A DNA stretch of 50,659 nt from assembly GCA_013152275.1 (NCBI GenBank), contig JAADGS010000057.1, forward strand, positions 1 through 50,659. The letters are read 5' to 3'. This document shows positions 9,474-19,395 of the stretch, one piece after another. The notes under the pieces were generated by a model, which was not told the origin of the DNA, made no database searches, and saw nothing but the letters and a program-made list of their open reading frames with translations. Position 1 is the stretch's first letter; each line of letters begins with the position of its first letter. A program made the translations under genes and the position numbers. The DNA comes from Actinomycetota bacterium (lineage in GTDB: Bacteria; Actinomycetota; Acidimicrobiia; Spongiisociales; UBA4744).

Positions 9474-9638
9474 TCAGGTCCTGTCGGCGGCGCCTCCAAC
9501 GAGTAGGGCTACTCCCAGGGCGATCACGGCCGCCGGCAACAGGTAGCCCGAAGGGACGTCCCAAACTCCTGCGGCTTCGAGAAGGAAGACGACTCCGACG
9601 ATGACGAAGAACACTCCGGCGGTGATGGAACCTTTCAT
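9474..9638 (-). CDS. Small two-TM membrane protein (54 aa)
   Basis: Below ORF-track cutoff; MKGSITAGVFFVIVGVVFLLEAAGVWDVPSGYLLPAAVIALGVALLVGGAADRT; ATGA overlap with the upstream gene. Confidence 0.75.
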   Translation of the reverse strand: MKGSITAGVFFVIVGVVFLLEAAGVWDVPSGYLLPAAVIALGVALLVGGAADRT

Positions 9639-10234
9639 CGTGATACTCCGATCTGCCCGGCGAAGGCGGAGACGTTCAATACCAGGGTCCGGTCGCTGTC
9701 TCCCGACGACGTCTTGTCGAGGCCCACACCCACACCCGACCGCTGCTCACCGAACGCGTTGATCTCTCCGAACAGCGTGTTGGCGTTCACCTCGACGGTG
9801 GCGTCACTCGGGACGCGAATCTCGATCTCTCCGGCGAACACGCTGATGTCGATCTTGGTGGTTCCGGACGGCAGGTCGAGATCACGCAGGTCGAGGGTGA
9901 GGCTGCCGGCGAACATGGAGGTGTCCTTGAGGTCGGTCATGCTGGTTATCCGTTCGTGTCGATCGCCCACCGCGCTCGTGGTCGTGTCGACGTTGACCGC
10001 CCTGCCTCCGCCTGCCACGAGTATGAGCGTCAGGATCACGCCGAGAGCGATCAGACCGCCGTGCCTTCGCCCCTTGGCGTCGGCGATGAGCGCCAGACCG
10101 ACGACGATGAGGATGGCGGGGAGGATCCAGTCCCAGGCCAGGTGGTCGATCAATCCTGCCGCCTGGAAGAACCATCCGAGCCCGATCAGCAGGATGATCA
10201 GGCCAAGGATGAGTCGCCCGGCGCGACCGTTCAT
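9635..10234 (-). CDS. LiaF-like cell-envelope stress protein (TM helices plus DUF2154-type beta domain)
   Basis: N-terminal TMs, then FAGSLTLDLR...FAGEIEIRVP...LFGEI repeats; ATGA-coupled to pspC. Confidence 0.8.
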   Translation of the reverse strand: MNGRAGRLILGLIILLIGLGWFFQAAGLIDHLAWDWILPAILIVVGLALIADAKGRRHGGLIALGVILTLILVAGGGRAVNVDTTTSAVGDRHERITSMTDLKDTSMFAGSLTLDLRDLDLPSGTTKIDISVFAGEIEIRVPSDATVEVNANTLFGEINAFGEQRSGVGVGLDKTSSGDSDRTLVLNVSAFAGQIGVSR

Positions 10235-10632
10235 CGCCTGCCTCCTATGATCACCGCCAGACCGATGATGATCACGGTTGCCGGCAGGATGAACTTGCCG
10301 AGGCTCGGGACGATACGGTCGAGGATCATGAATCCGCCGATGACGATCAGCGCGGCGCCGATCAGCACGGTTGCGTTGCTTGCCTGTCCGGTCGCAGGTC
10401 CGACGTTGTCGCCGGGTCGTTCCATCGGCATGGCGACCCATCCGATCAGATAGATCAGAAAACCGGATCCGCCTGCGACGAGCAGGACGAGCAGGATGAT
10501 CCGAATGATCACCGAGTCGATGCCCAGGTAGCGGCCCAGCCCGCCTGCAACCCCTGCGATGACCTTGTCGTTTGCGCTCCGTCGCAGGACCTTCGGCGCG
10601 CTCGCCGGCTCCGAGCCCTCATGTGTGGTCAT
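10231..10632 (-). CDS. pspC: PspC-domain membrane protein
   Basis: LRRSANDKVIAGVAGGLGRYLGID...IYLIGWVAMP. Confidence 0.9.
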   Translation of the reverse strand: MTTHEGSEPASAPKVLRRSANDKVIAGVAGGLGRYLGIDSVIIRIILLVLLVAGGSGFLIYLIGWVAMPMERPGDNVGPATGQASNATVLIGAALIVIGGFMILDRIVPSLGKFILPATVIIIGLAVIIGGRR

Positions 10633-10686
10633 ATGTTCCCTCCTGGCGTCGATTCCAACCTACCCGAGTCCGCACGAACCTTTTCC

Positions 10687-10739
10687 CCGTTCTCGTGACG
10701 CTCGGCCGGGACTATTCCCATGAAGCGTCACGAGAACGG
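10687..10739. repeat. REP-like hairpin, copy 2
   Basis: ccgttctcgtgacgct ... agcgtcacgagaacgg with the same gggactattcc loop; abuts the fabH stop. Confidence 0.85.
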
Positions 10740-10740
10740 T

Positions 10741-11754
10741 CTACCAGCGGATCAGCATCGATGCCCACGTGAAGCCGCTGCCGAAGGACGCCGATGCCAC
10801 CAGCATCCCCGGCTGGAGAACTCCGATCTTCTCGGCCTCGTGAAGTCCGATCGGGATCGTCGCGGCGGTCGTATTGGCGAAGCGGTCGATTGTGTTGAAC
10901 ACCTTCTCCTCGGGAATCCCCATGCGCTGTGCGACGGCCTCGTTGATCCGGAGGTTGGCCTGGTGGAAGACGAAGAGGTCGACGTCTTCGAGAGCGACTC
11001 CGTTGGCTTCGATGGTCTCGATGATCGCTTCCGGCATGCGCTTGATCGCGTTGACGTACACCTTGCGGCCGTTCATTTTCGGGTAGATGAGACCTTGGTC
11101 GATGATCTCGTGGGTGACCATGCGGCCGCCGACTGCCATTCCGGGGGCTTCGACCCACAACTCTTCGGCAAACCTGCCGTCGGCGTGCAGATGCGTGGAG
11201 AAGACATGCGCATCGACCGCAGGGTCCTGGACGTCGGTGGCCTCCATGACGATCGCTCCGGCGCCATCCCCGAAAAGCACGGCGACATCGCGCCCCTCGG
11301 TGCTGATGTCGAGGCCTTTGGAGTGAATCTCGGCGCCAACGACGAGAACCTGGCGCGCCGATCCGGTGCGGATGTACTGGTCGGCCATCGAGGCGGCGTA
11401 GATGAATCCGGTGCACTGCTGGCGGACGTCGATCGCAGGGATGTCGGAGATTCCCAGCTTGCGCTGGAGGAATACGCCACTGCCGGGGAAGAAATGATCC
11501 GGACTGATGGTCGCGAAGAAGATCATGTCCAGGTCCTCGGGGCCGATTCCTGCCGACGCGAGGGCCTGGTCGGACGCTTGCAGAGCCAGATCGGAGGTGG
11601 TCGTGGCGCCTTCCACCCAGTGCCGTTGCTTGATGCCCGTGCGCTGGGTGATCCACTCATCGGACGTGTCCATGAGATGAGTGAGGTCGTCGTTGGTGAC
11701 GACCCTCGGTGGGACGTAGCTTCCCACGCCCGTGATTCGCGAACGGAGTGCCAT
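10741..11754 (-). CDS. fabH: 3-oxoacyl-ACP synthase III
   Basis: DTSDEWITQRTGI; Cys-His-Asn triad in QQCTGF, FHQAN, ANTTAA; FGSGFTW. Confidence 0.93.
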   Translation of the reverse strand: MALRSRITGVGSYVPPRVVTNDDLTHLMDTSDEWITQRTGIKQRHWVEGATTTSDLALQASDQALASAGIGPEDLDMIFFATISPDHFFPGSGVFLQRKLGISDIPAIDVRQQCTGFIYAASMADQYIRTGSARQVLVVGAEIHSKGLDISTEGRDVAVLFGDGAGAIVMEATDVQDPAVDAHVFSTHLHADGRFAEELWVEAPGMAVGGRMVTHEIIDQGLIYPKMNGRKVYVNAIKRMPEAIIETIEANGVALEDVDLFVFHQANLRINEAVAQRMGIPEEKVFNTIDRFANTTAATIPIGLHEAEKIGVLQPGMLVASASFGSGFTWASMLIRW

Positions 11755-11807
11755 GCGATCTGCCTTCCCGGATGGTGCGGGCATGGTATCGCGCGATGTG
11801 AGACCGG

Positions 11808-13499
11808 TCAGGTCGACTTGCGGATGTCTGGGGCGCCGAGACGAACCGCGTCGGCCGTTCGGTCGTCGGGTTGGCGTTGTGAGTCTCGCTCGGCCTCGAC
11901 CCGGGCGAGGTAGTAGGTCACCTCCCGCCGGCGGGTTTGCTCGTCCCAACCGAGTAGAGGTCCGATGAGTCGGGCGGCTTCTTCGGCGACATCGGTTCCA
12001 CGGTCAGCGGTCTCGACAGAGATCCTGGTCCTTCGCGTGAGGACGTCGTCGAGATGCAGTGCGCCCTCGTGGGAGGCCGCGTAGACGATCTCGGCTCTCA
12101 GGTATCCGCCGGAGAGTGTGCGCCCCAGCGTCGGGTCGGCGTCGATCAGCCCGAAGATGTCCTCGATCATCGAGCCGTACCGGTGCAGGAGGTGTTCGAC
12201 GGTCTCGAGGGAAAGGGATCGTCTCACGGCGATCTGCTCCCTTCGGTCCCACAGGTCCCGATACCCCTCGGCTCCTGCGAGAGCGAGGTCGTGTGTTGCG
12301 GATGGTGGCGTGTCCGAACCGAGGCTCTTCACGGTGGCGTCGACGGCATCCTTGGCCATGACCCGATAGGTCGTGTACTTGCCGCCTGCGACGGTGATGA
12401 GACCGGGGACGACCTCGGTAACCGCGTGCTCCCGGGTCAGCTTGGACGTCGAATCAGATTCGCCGTACAGCAGCGGTCGTAGGCCGGCGAAGACGCCTGC
12501 GACATCATCGTGACCGAGGGGCGGGTCGATGACCTTGTTGATGTGCTTGAGCAGGTACTCGATGTCCGTACTCGAAGCGGCGGGATGGGCGAGGTCCAGA
12601 TCCCAATCGGTATCCGTCGTACCGATGATCCAGTGACGATCCCAGGGTATGACGAACAGGACGCTCTTCTCGGTCTTGGTGATCAGGCCTGTGTCTCCAC
12701 GGATACGGTCTCTGGGTACGACCAGGTGGATGCCTTTGGAGGCGCGTACGTGGATCGCACCGCGACCCGCGAAGTCCTGGATCTTGTCGGTCCAGACGCC
12801 GGTGGCGTTGATGACGGTTCGGGCATTGATCGTGAAGGTCTCTCCACATTCGAGACAGCGGGTCTCCACTCCGGTGACCCGGTCACCGTCCCTGCGGAGT
12901 CCGGTGGCGATCATGCTGGGTGCGATGGCGGCACCGAGTCCTGCGGCGGTGCGGGCAACGGTCAGGACAAAGCGGGCGTCGTCCTCTTGAGCGTCCCAGT
13001 AGCGGATCGCGCCGACGAGGCCGTCTTTGCGTAGAGAGGGAAACAGCTCGATCGCACGTCTTCGGGAGAGTTGCCTGTGCCATGGGAGTGGGTTGACGCC
13101 TGCTCTGGCGAACAGGTCGTACATCGTGACTCCGGCTCCCACGTAGAGCCGCTCCCAGACACGATGGGTGAGTGGGTAGAGGAATGAGACCGGTCGGACC
13201 AGGTGTGGGGCGATGCGGTCCAGCAGGAGGCCACGCTCGTGCAGCGCTTCCCACACGAGACGAAAGTTGAGTTGTTCGAGGTAGCGGAGCCCTCCGTGGA
13301 TGAGCTTGCTGGATCGGCTCGATGTTCCGGAAGCAAGGTCACGCTGTTCGATGAGGCCGACCGAGAGGCCACGTGATGCGGCGTCGAGCGCGGCGCCCGT
13401 CCCTGTGATCCCACCGCCGATGACCAGTACGTCGAATGTCTCGCTCCGTAGCCGATCGATGTCCCTGCGGCGCTGCATCGGACTGAGGGCGGATGTCAT
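11808..13499 (-). CDS. glpD: FAD-dependent glycerol-3-phosphate dehydrogenase
   Basis: GGGITG, GTSSRSSKLIHGGLRYL, GGKYTTYR. Confidence 0.95.
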   Translation of the reverse strand: MTSALSPMQRRRDIDRLRSETFDVLVIGGGITGTGAALDAASRGLSVGLIEQRDLASGTSSRSSKLIHGGLRYLEQLNFRLVWEALHERGLLLDRIAPHLVRPVSFLYPLTHRVWERLYVGAGVTMYDLFARAGVNPLPWHRQLSRRRAIELFPSLRKDGLVGAIRYWDAQEDDARFVLTVARTAAGLGAAIAPSMIATGLRRDGDRVTGVETRCLECGETFTINARTVINATGVWTDKIQDFAGRGAIHVRASKGIHLVVPRDRIRGDTGLITKTEKSVLFVIPWDRHWIIGTTDTDWDLDLAHPAASSTDIEYLLKHINKVIDPPLGHDDVAGVFAGLRPLLYGESDSTSKLTREHAVTEVVPGLITVAGGKYTTYRVMAKDAVDATVKSLGSDTPPSATHDLALAGAEGYRDLWDRREQIAVRRSLSLETVEHLLHRYGSMIEDIFGLIDADPTLGRTLSGGYLRAEIVYAASHEGALHLDDVLTRRTRISVETADRGTDVAEEAARLIGPLLGWDEQTRRREVTYYLARVEAERDSQRQPDDRTADAVRLGAPDIRKST

Positions 13500-13548
13500 G
13501 GTCGAAGACTAGATGTGTTGTTCTTGGAGGTTGCCGACTGCTCGAAGT

Positions 13549-13660
13549 GACCCTCCCGGCTTCGCCGGCCACTTTCCCGGTCGTTTGCTCCCCCAGGAGA
13601 CCCCCAGGGCCGACGCTCGGGGAGGTGCCCTCGAGGTTCGGGCTGAGGGCGGAGGGGGTG
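13549..13660. repeat. REP-like palindromic elements in a divergent intergenic region
   Basis: ccctcccggcttcgccggccactttccc and ctcccc...ggggaggtgccc...gggcggaggggg; same architecture as 39834-40012. Confidence 0.5.
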
Positions 13661-13780
13661 CTTGGGACGTGACCTCCTTGGGAACGGAGAAGGTTTTGGG
13701 AGGTGTTCCTCGGCGAGATGAAGGGGCGGGTTCTTTGGCCGGGTAGCCTAGGTTTGTGGTGTCGAGGGCGGAGGCAGTGC

Positions 13781-15456
13781 ATGGAGGACCGAACGTTCAT
13801 GATTCTTGGGGGGGCCGGTCTGGTCGGCTTTCAGGTGGCGCACCGTGTTGCAACCGACCTGCGTCCGGACCGGATCGTGCTCGTCTCGCTCTACGAAGAG
13901 GGAGTCGAGCAGGCCGTCGCCGACCTGCGTGCCCTGTTTCCAGAGGGTGAGACCGAATTCGTCGGCGAGTGGGGCGACATCTTTGCCCGGGAAGCGTTTG
14001 CTCAGCGCTCTCGGGGCGATCTGCTCGAAGATGAAGATGCCCGGGAGGGCATCTTCGCTGATCTTCTGGGTCCCGTCGACGAGGCGTTCGAACGTTCCCG
14101 GTTGGCTCATCTGATCGATGGGCATCGTCCCGACGTGATCGTCGATGCGATCAACACGGCGACCGCCATCAGCTATCAGGACGTGTATACGTCGGCCCGA
14201 TGCGCCAAGCGAAGCGTGGATCGACTCCAGGAGGACCCTTCGTACCCGGGCGATGAAGTCGCTCACGATGTCGAGACGCTGATTCTCTCCCAGGCGGTTC
14301 CCCAGTTGATCCGCCATGTGATGATTCTGGACAGGGCGATGCGAAAGGCTGGGACACGCCTCTATCTCAAGATCGGCACGACGGGAACCGGTGGAATGGG
14401 ATTGAACGTCCCCTACACGCATTCGGAAGACCGCCCTTCCGCGAAGCTGATGACCAAGGCGTCCGTTGCATTTGCCCATACCGGCCTGCTGTTCCTCATG
14501 GCTCGAACGGCCGGTGGGCCGATCGTCAAGGAGGTCAAACCTGCGGCAATGATCGGGTACGCGGACATTGACCACCGAACGATCTATGAGCGGGGTGAGC
14601 CCGTGCGTCGGTACGGCGCGCGTGTCGAGACACGCACCTTGCCCTGCGGGTGAGTCCCGACGAGTTCGAACGGGGGCCCGATCTGCAGCTTCCCGTGGTG
14701 GGCACAGGGGAGAACGGCGTGTTCACGAAGGGTGAATTCGAGGCGATCACCGCGCTGCGGCAGATGGAGTTCGTAACTCCAGAGGAGATTGCACAGATCT
14801 GCCTGCAAGAGATCGTCGGCGACAACACGGGCCACGATGTCATCGCGGCGATGGACGCCTCGGTCGTGGATCCGAGTTATCGGGCCGGTGTGCTGCGTGA
14901 GGACGCTCTCGTGAAACTGCGCAAGCTCGAAGAGGAGACCGGCACGCACAGCGTCGCGCTCGGCCAGCTCGGTCCGCCGGAGCTCTCCAAGTTGCTGTGG
15001 GAGGCCGAACTCCTGAAGCTCACCTATCGGACGTTGCCCGCCGTCCTGGCGGCGACAGCGGCGGAGATCGCGACAGCGGCGACGAGTCTGCTTGTGGAGC
15101 ATCCCGACTTGCGAGACACGATCACTTCGCTCGGGCTGCCCATCATCACCAAGGACGGGAGCTCGTTGATCAGAGGTCCGCGTATCAGGATCCCAGAAGT
15201 CTCCGGTGAGACGGTCATCTCGCTGTCTCCCGAGGCGGTTGACCGCTGGGCCGCCAAAGGATGGGTCGATCTGAGACCGAAGAACTTCGCCGAGTGGCAG
15301 CGGAGGTTCCAGGCGATGCGGGACGCGCGTAGTGGAAGGGCACAGCGCGGGTCCGCCGGTGTTGTGCAAACTGCCTATGCGACCGAGAACATCACGATCG
15401 GCGCCGTCGTCGCCTGGGTGCTGACCAACGAGCTGGGCGGATTCAGGACGAAGTAG
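13781..15456 (+). pseudogene. Large Rossmann-fold (SDR-like) protein split by a frameshift near 14630-14650, or a sequence error
   Basis: ILGGAGLVG N-terminus. ORF1 ends at 14653; ORF2's frame is open upstream of 14650 (HLALRVSPDEF...) and continues to 15456. Confidence 0.65.
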
Positions 15457-15461
15457 CCGAA

Positions 15462-15496
15462 CGAGAGAGTGGGCCTCGGGGAGACCCACTCTCTCG
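15462..15496. terminator. Hairpin between convergent genes
   Basis: cgagagagtggg / cccactctctcg, 12-bp stem. Confidence 0.7.
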
Positions 15497-15513
15497 GATG
15501 GTGGGCCGGCGTG

Positions 15514-16470
15514 TCAGCTGTTATTCGAGGACGAGCCGTCGCTGCGCTCATCCTCGCTGTCGTTGTTCTTGATCTCGGTCTTCGTCTGGAGTTGACCGTG
15601 GTCGAGTTCGGCTTCGAATTCGACGTTCTCGGACCCGTTGGTGAACTCGATCTTGATCTGATCGGCCTCGGTGCGAGTCTCGGTGATCTCCCATCCTGCG
15701 TTCGGGGTGGCATCCAGCAGTTCGAGACTTCCGCCCGAAACCTTGATCTGCACAGAACCGGCGGTACCGACGGTGTACGTCTTGGTCATGTCCACGGCCG
15801 GGGTCGTGTCCGTTGAGCCCTCGGTGGAGGAGTTCTCGGTGGAGGGGTGGTCGCTCGTTGAGTCCTCGGTGGAGGAGTTCTCGGTGGAGGGGTGGTCGCT
15901 TTCCCGAGTTTGATCGTCGTTGGCCACATCGTCGGCAGTCTCACGGGAGACCTTGACGTTGAGCGTTCCGTTCTCGAGCTCGGCCTCGAACTCGACTTCG
16001 AGAGATCCGTTCCGGAACTTCACATCGATGCCGTGTGGCTCAGTGCGCGTGCTCGAGACCTCGAAGCCGTCGTTAGGTGTTGCCGAGACCAGTTCGAGTC
16101 CTGTGTCACCGACCGCGATTTCGACCGTTCCGGCTTCGTCGACGGGGAAGATTCCGCCGGTGGGAGCCACCTGGCTCGGCTGGGGATCCGCACTCTCGAG
16201 GGAGTCGTCGGTGGAGTTGTCCGAACTCGACGACGTGGCCGTGGCCGAGCCGTCACCGGCTACGGACGATGTTGTTTCCTGAGAGTTGTCGTCGGCGGCT
16301 TCGGCCGTCGTTGACGTCGAGCCGTCAGCCGACGCGCTCGGGCTGTCGGTGGTGCTCACGGACGTTGCGGTGTCATTGGTGGATGCCGGTGCGGTTGCTG
16401 CGTAGGCAAGGCCTGCGATCAGCAGCACGGCGAGTGCGATCGATGAGATCACGGATACTCGCTTCAACAT
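15514..16470 (-). CDS. Secreted acidic protein with two copies of a ~65-aa beta-rich domain
   Basis: AGGAGG RBS; signal peptide ending AYA; duplicated AG(T/S)V...LEL...ATPNxG(F/W)...VEFEAEL domain. Confidence 0.85.
   Translation of the reverse strand: MLKRVSVISSIALAVLLIAGLAYAATAPASTNDTATSVSTTDSPSASADGSTSTTAEAADDNSQETTSSVAGDGSATATSSSSDNSTDDSLESADPQPSQVAPTGGIFPVDEAGTVEIAVGDTGLELVSATPNDGFEVSSTRTEPHGIDVKFRNGSLEVEFEAELENGTLNVKVSRETADDVANDDQTRESDHPSTENSSTEDSTSDHPSTENSSTEGSTDTTPAVDMTKTYTVGTAGSVQIKVSGGSLELLDATPNAGWEITETRTEADQIKIEFTNGSENVEFEAELDHGQLQTKTEIKNNDSEDERSDGSSSNNS
15811..15900. repeat. 45-bp in-frame tandem duplication (SDHPSTENSSTE(D/G)ST)
   Basis: 15811-15855 versus 15856-15900, one mismatch. 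Confidence 0.9.
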
Positions 16471-17010
16471 GCTTGTCCTCCTGGGATTGCTGGGTTGCAT
16501 GAGGGCATGATCCTCGAGGCAACGCTATGGGGTCCTCTCGGGAGGGTTAGAGGTTGGATAAGGATCCAAAGGCCGGGCCGACAGTCGCGACCAACGTGAG
16601 CAGATCATGCTGTCCGCCGACCCCGTCATTCACGACGAGGGGCAGCGATGTATCGAGCGGGTTGTTGGGGCGGTTGTCGTCGACGCCGGGCCGTGGCGTC
16701 GACGGTTGGGAGGTTCGTATGTTGCTGTGGCGTTCCCCGGCCGCAAACACCCGGCGAGGGTGTCTCCGAGGGCGTCGGCTTTCACGATCACGTTACGGGT
16801 GTCGGCGGCATGCATCGTGCCAATGCCCTCCTGTTCCGGAAACCGTTCTCTTCGCAACCTCGTGTCCCTTGCCAGAAGGACCTTTGCGCGTACCGAACTT
16901 TCCCAACAGCACGACCCCTCGATGGTGGGATCTAGCATGACCGGAAACCGATGAGAACTGTCCCAATGCTTCTATTACCGGGCGGAGGGACGCTGCCCGA
17001 GGAGTACACC

Positions 17011-17625
17011 ATGGACCAGCACGAGAACGGCCTGCAGCAGTGGCGGTGGAAGACGACAAGCCGTCGAGAACGATGGGCGACCGCCTGGGGTGTCGGTTGG
17101 CGACTGGGGGTCGTCGGGGCGGTGCTGGCAGGTGTCGTGGCGGCGGTGCTGTTGGCGGTTACCCTGCTCGTCTCTTTTCTGCCGGCCGTCTCCATCAACG
17201 GGCTCGGCGACACAGGCACCGACGGTGGTCGGGGCTTCGGAGCCCGCCTGTTCGCGTTCCTCCAGCCGCCCGATGCTTCAGGTCCCGGTAGGCTCTCCGC
17301 GGTCGTCAGCGGTGACTGTTTCGACACCACCCTCGCCGCCGGAGGGGCTCTCGACAGCTTCGAACAGAAACCATGCACCCAGCCGCACAGTTACGAGGTG
17401 TCCGGCGTGATCTCCACGGAGACCTTCCTGGCACATGACGAATTGGCCAACGAAGGCTACTGCCTGAGCATCGCCATCAGCTATCTGGGAAGGGCCCCGA
17501 ACGCAGGCGATGGTCTCGAACCCGACTGGTTCCTCATCGATGCAGCCGATCCCAACGGACTCATCTGCGTCGTCCACAGCTACTCGCCCATCGATCACGC
17601 GGTGGCAGGCCAACTCTCCTCCTGA
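17011..17625 (+). CDS. Membrane-anchored protein with Septum_form-like Cys domain
   Basis: GAGGAG RBS; one TM; GDCF...PCTQPHSYEV...C...ICVV pattern. Confidence 0.65.
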   Translation: MDQHENGLQQWRWKTTSRRERWATAWGVGWRLGVVGAVLAGVVAAVLLAVTLLVSFLPAVSINGLGDTGTDGGRGFGARLFAFLQPPDASGPGRLSAVVSGDCFDTTLAAGGALDSFEQKPCTQPHSYEVSGVISTETFLAHDELANEGYCLSIAISYLGRAPNAGDGLEPDWFLIDAADPNGLICVVHSYSPIDHAVAGQLSS

Positions 17626-17848
17626 CCGGGTCCCCCTGTCACGCGTCGGTCCGTAGCAGGCCCCTTCTTCCGGCACCCCACCGGCCGGTCACCCGCGCCC
17701 GCCCGCCCCTGCCACGTCGCTGAAGGCTGCCTGACACGCGTCGGAACCCCGGACATCCGCCGTTCCGGGCGCTGTCGCACCCCGGATGGGTCAAGACCCC
17801 GCCTCCGAGACCCTCGAGGGTCGGTCGGGCAGGGTTTTCGTGTGTCCA

Positions 17849-17872
17849 ACCAGCCGGTTTCGGCCGGCTGGT
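17849..17872 (-). terminator. Hairpin just 3' of tRNA-Lys
   Basis: accagccggt-ttcg-gccggctggt. Confidence 0.6.
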
Positions 17873-17878
17873 ATCTCG

Positions 17879-17951
17879 TGGGCCCGGAGGGAATCGAACC
17901 CTCGACCTTGGGATTAAAAGTCCCCTGCTCTGCCAACTGAGCTACAGGCCC
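17879..17951 (-). tRNA. tRNA-Lys(TTT), CCA not encoded
   Basis: GGGCCTGTAGCTCAGTTGGCAGAGCAGGGGACTTTTAATCCCAAGGTCGAGGGTTCGATTCCCTCCGGGCCCA. Confidence 0.97.
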
Positions 17952-18188
17952 GGGACTGCAAGATAACTCACGAGAAAACACGCGAGAAAACCAGCCGTCG
18001 CAAGCGGCCCACAGGATAGGGTCCTGACGGGGGAGGCGGCGCAATCGGCGTGTGGGAGAGGCCTGGCGGTTGATCTCCGTGCCGGCTTCTCCCCGGCTTT
18101 CGGGAACGGTTGGGTTGCCGGTAGCCCAGGGTGCATGACATGCCGGTTCTGCGCTCTTGCCACGAGTGCCCATCGGCAATCCCGACGG

Positions 18189-19103
18189 TCAAGCGGCCAG
18201 GCTGCGGTCCAGTAAGACTCGCAGCCGCTCGGCATAGGCCTGGTCCACAGGGGCGGCAGTCGCGCGGTTGAAGCGATGGCCGAGCTCGCCCATGAAATCG
18301 AGGCAGAAGAGCGCCGCATAGAAATCGAGCGCCGCACGTTGCTCCGCGTCAGGTCGAAGCAGCTCGGTCCAGCTGTCGGCATAACAAAGGCTATGGCCGT
18401 TGGCCGACAGCGCCATGCGAACCAGACCGAGCAGGAACAGCGGGTCGCCGAAACAGAGGTCGTCCACGTCAACGATTCCACTCAGGCGCGATTCCTCGAC
18501 AATGACATTCCTGGTTGTGATGTCGTGCAGGAAGGGTGTGGGAGGCAGCCTTGCGAAATAGTCTGCGAGCCTGCCGGAAGCCGCTTCGACCCGGTCGCCG
18601 GGGAGATCGCCGAAGATGCCCGCGGCGCGAATGCGCTTCCGGCTGCGTTCGATGGAGGCGGCGACAGCCTGCCCCCAATCGGCATGGGGAAAGGGCCCTT
18701 CCAGGCGCGGCGTAAACCCATAGCCCTGCCCCTGCGGCAGATCACCCACGATCGCCTGTATGCCCGCCACGCGCCGCGCCAGGCTGCGTAGCGCGTCGGG
18801 CGACAAACCGTCGATCACAAGCCCCAGGTCGCAGCCCGGCAGTCGTTCCAGGATCATGAAGGGGAAGGGGTGGCGAGTCATGGTCGTGTCGGCGTACAGA
18901 ACCTCCGGCAGCGGGACACCCAGCGGCCGTAGCTTGCCCGACCAATAGAGCGCATCCAGCGCCACGCCGACAGCCGTGCTCCTCGAGATCCGGACAACGA
19001 CGCTGCCGCCTTGTGTCGATACGGCCTCAAAGACGAAGTGTCGGGCGCCGGTTGGGAAGCGTGCGACGCTGATGTCGCCATCGGGAAACACTTCCCTGGC
19101 CAT
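18189..19103 (-). CDS. Aminoglycoside-phosphotransferase-family (APH / choline-kinase-like) kinase
   Basis: GVPLPEVL, MILERLPG, catalytic LHDITTRN, GIVDVDDLCFGDP. Confidence 0.85.
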   Translation of the reverse strand: MAREVFPDGDISVARFPTGARHFVFEAVSTQGGSVVVRISRSTAVGVALDALYWSGKLRPLGVPLPEVLYADTTMTRHPFPFMILERLPGCDLGLVIDGLSPDALRSLARRVAGIQAIVGDLPQGQGYGFTPRLEGPFPHADWGQAVAASIERSRKRIRAAGIFGDLPGDRVEAASGRLADYFARLPPTPFLHDITTRNVIVEESRLSGIVDVDDLCFGDPLFLLGLVRMALSANGHSLCYADSWTELLRPDAEQRAALDFYAALFCLDFMGELGHRFNRATAAPVDQAYAERLRVLLDRSLAA

Positions 19104-19395
19104 GGCGGTCGCAGCGGCCTCATCGGGGTCTGTTGGCGAAGCGCTGATGACATCCTCTCCAGAACTCGTGTCGACGATGACACGCCAATGGGTTGCAGCC
19201 TAGGTCGCCCCCCGGTGGGACCGTGGTCGGCTGACACGGTGTGGGGCCTGCACGGTGATACGGGATCCGCCAGACGCGAATCCTCCTCGAACCCGACCAG
19301 AATCGCGAATCGACGCGCCGGTGAACAACCGCGAGAGAACCACCGTCGGCGACCAGCCGACCGATCTACGGATCGGCCGGCTCCGACTCACGCTC

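Noticed and set aside
14640..14653. Programmed frameshift or purposeful split (also at nhaA)
   Set aside because: No slippery heptamer or stimulatory structure seen; NTGA overlaps arise by chance as the first stop in a shifted frame.
16550..16954. Short ORFs in several frames
   Set aside because: No RBS, motif or coding-like composition that I can support.
17971..17991. cgagaaaac direct repeat as an att arm site
   Set aside because: It lies 5' of tRNA-Lys within its likely promoter, the wrong side for a 3'-end integration.
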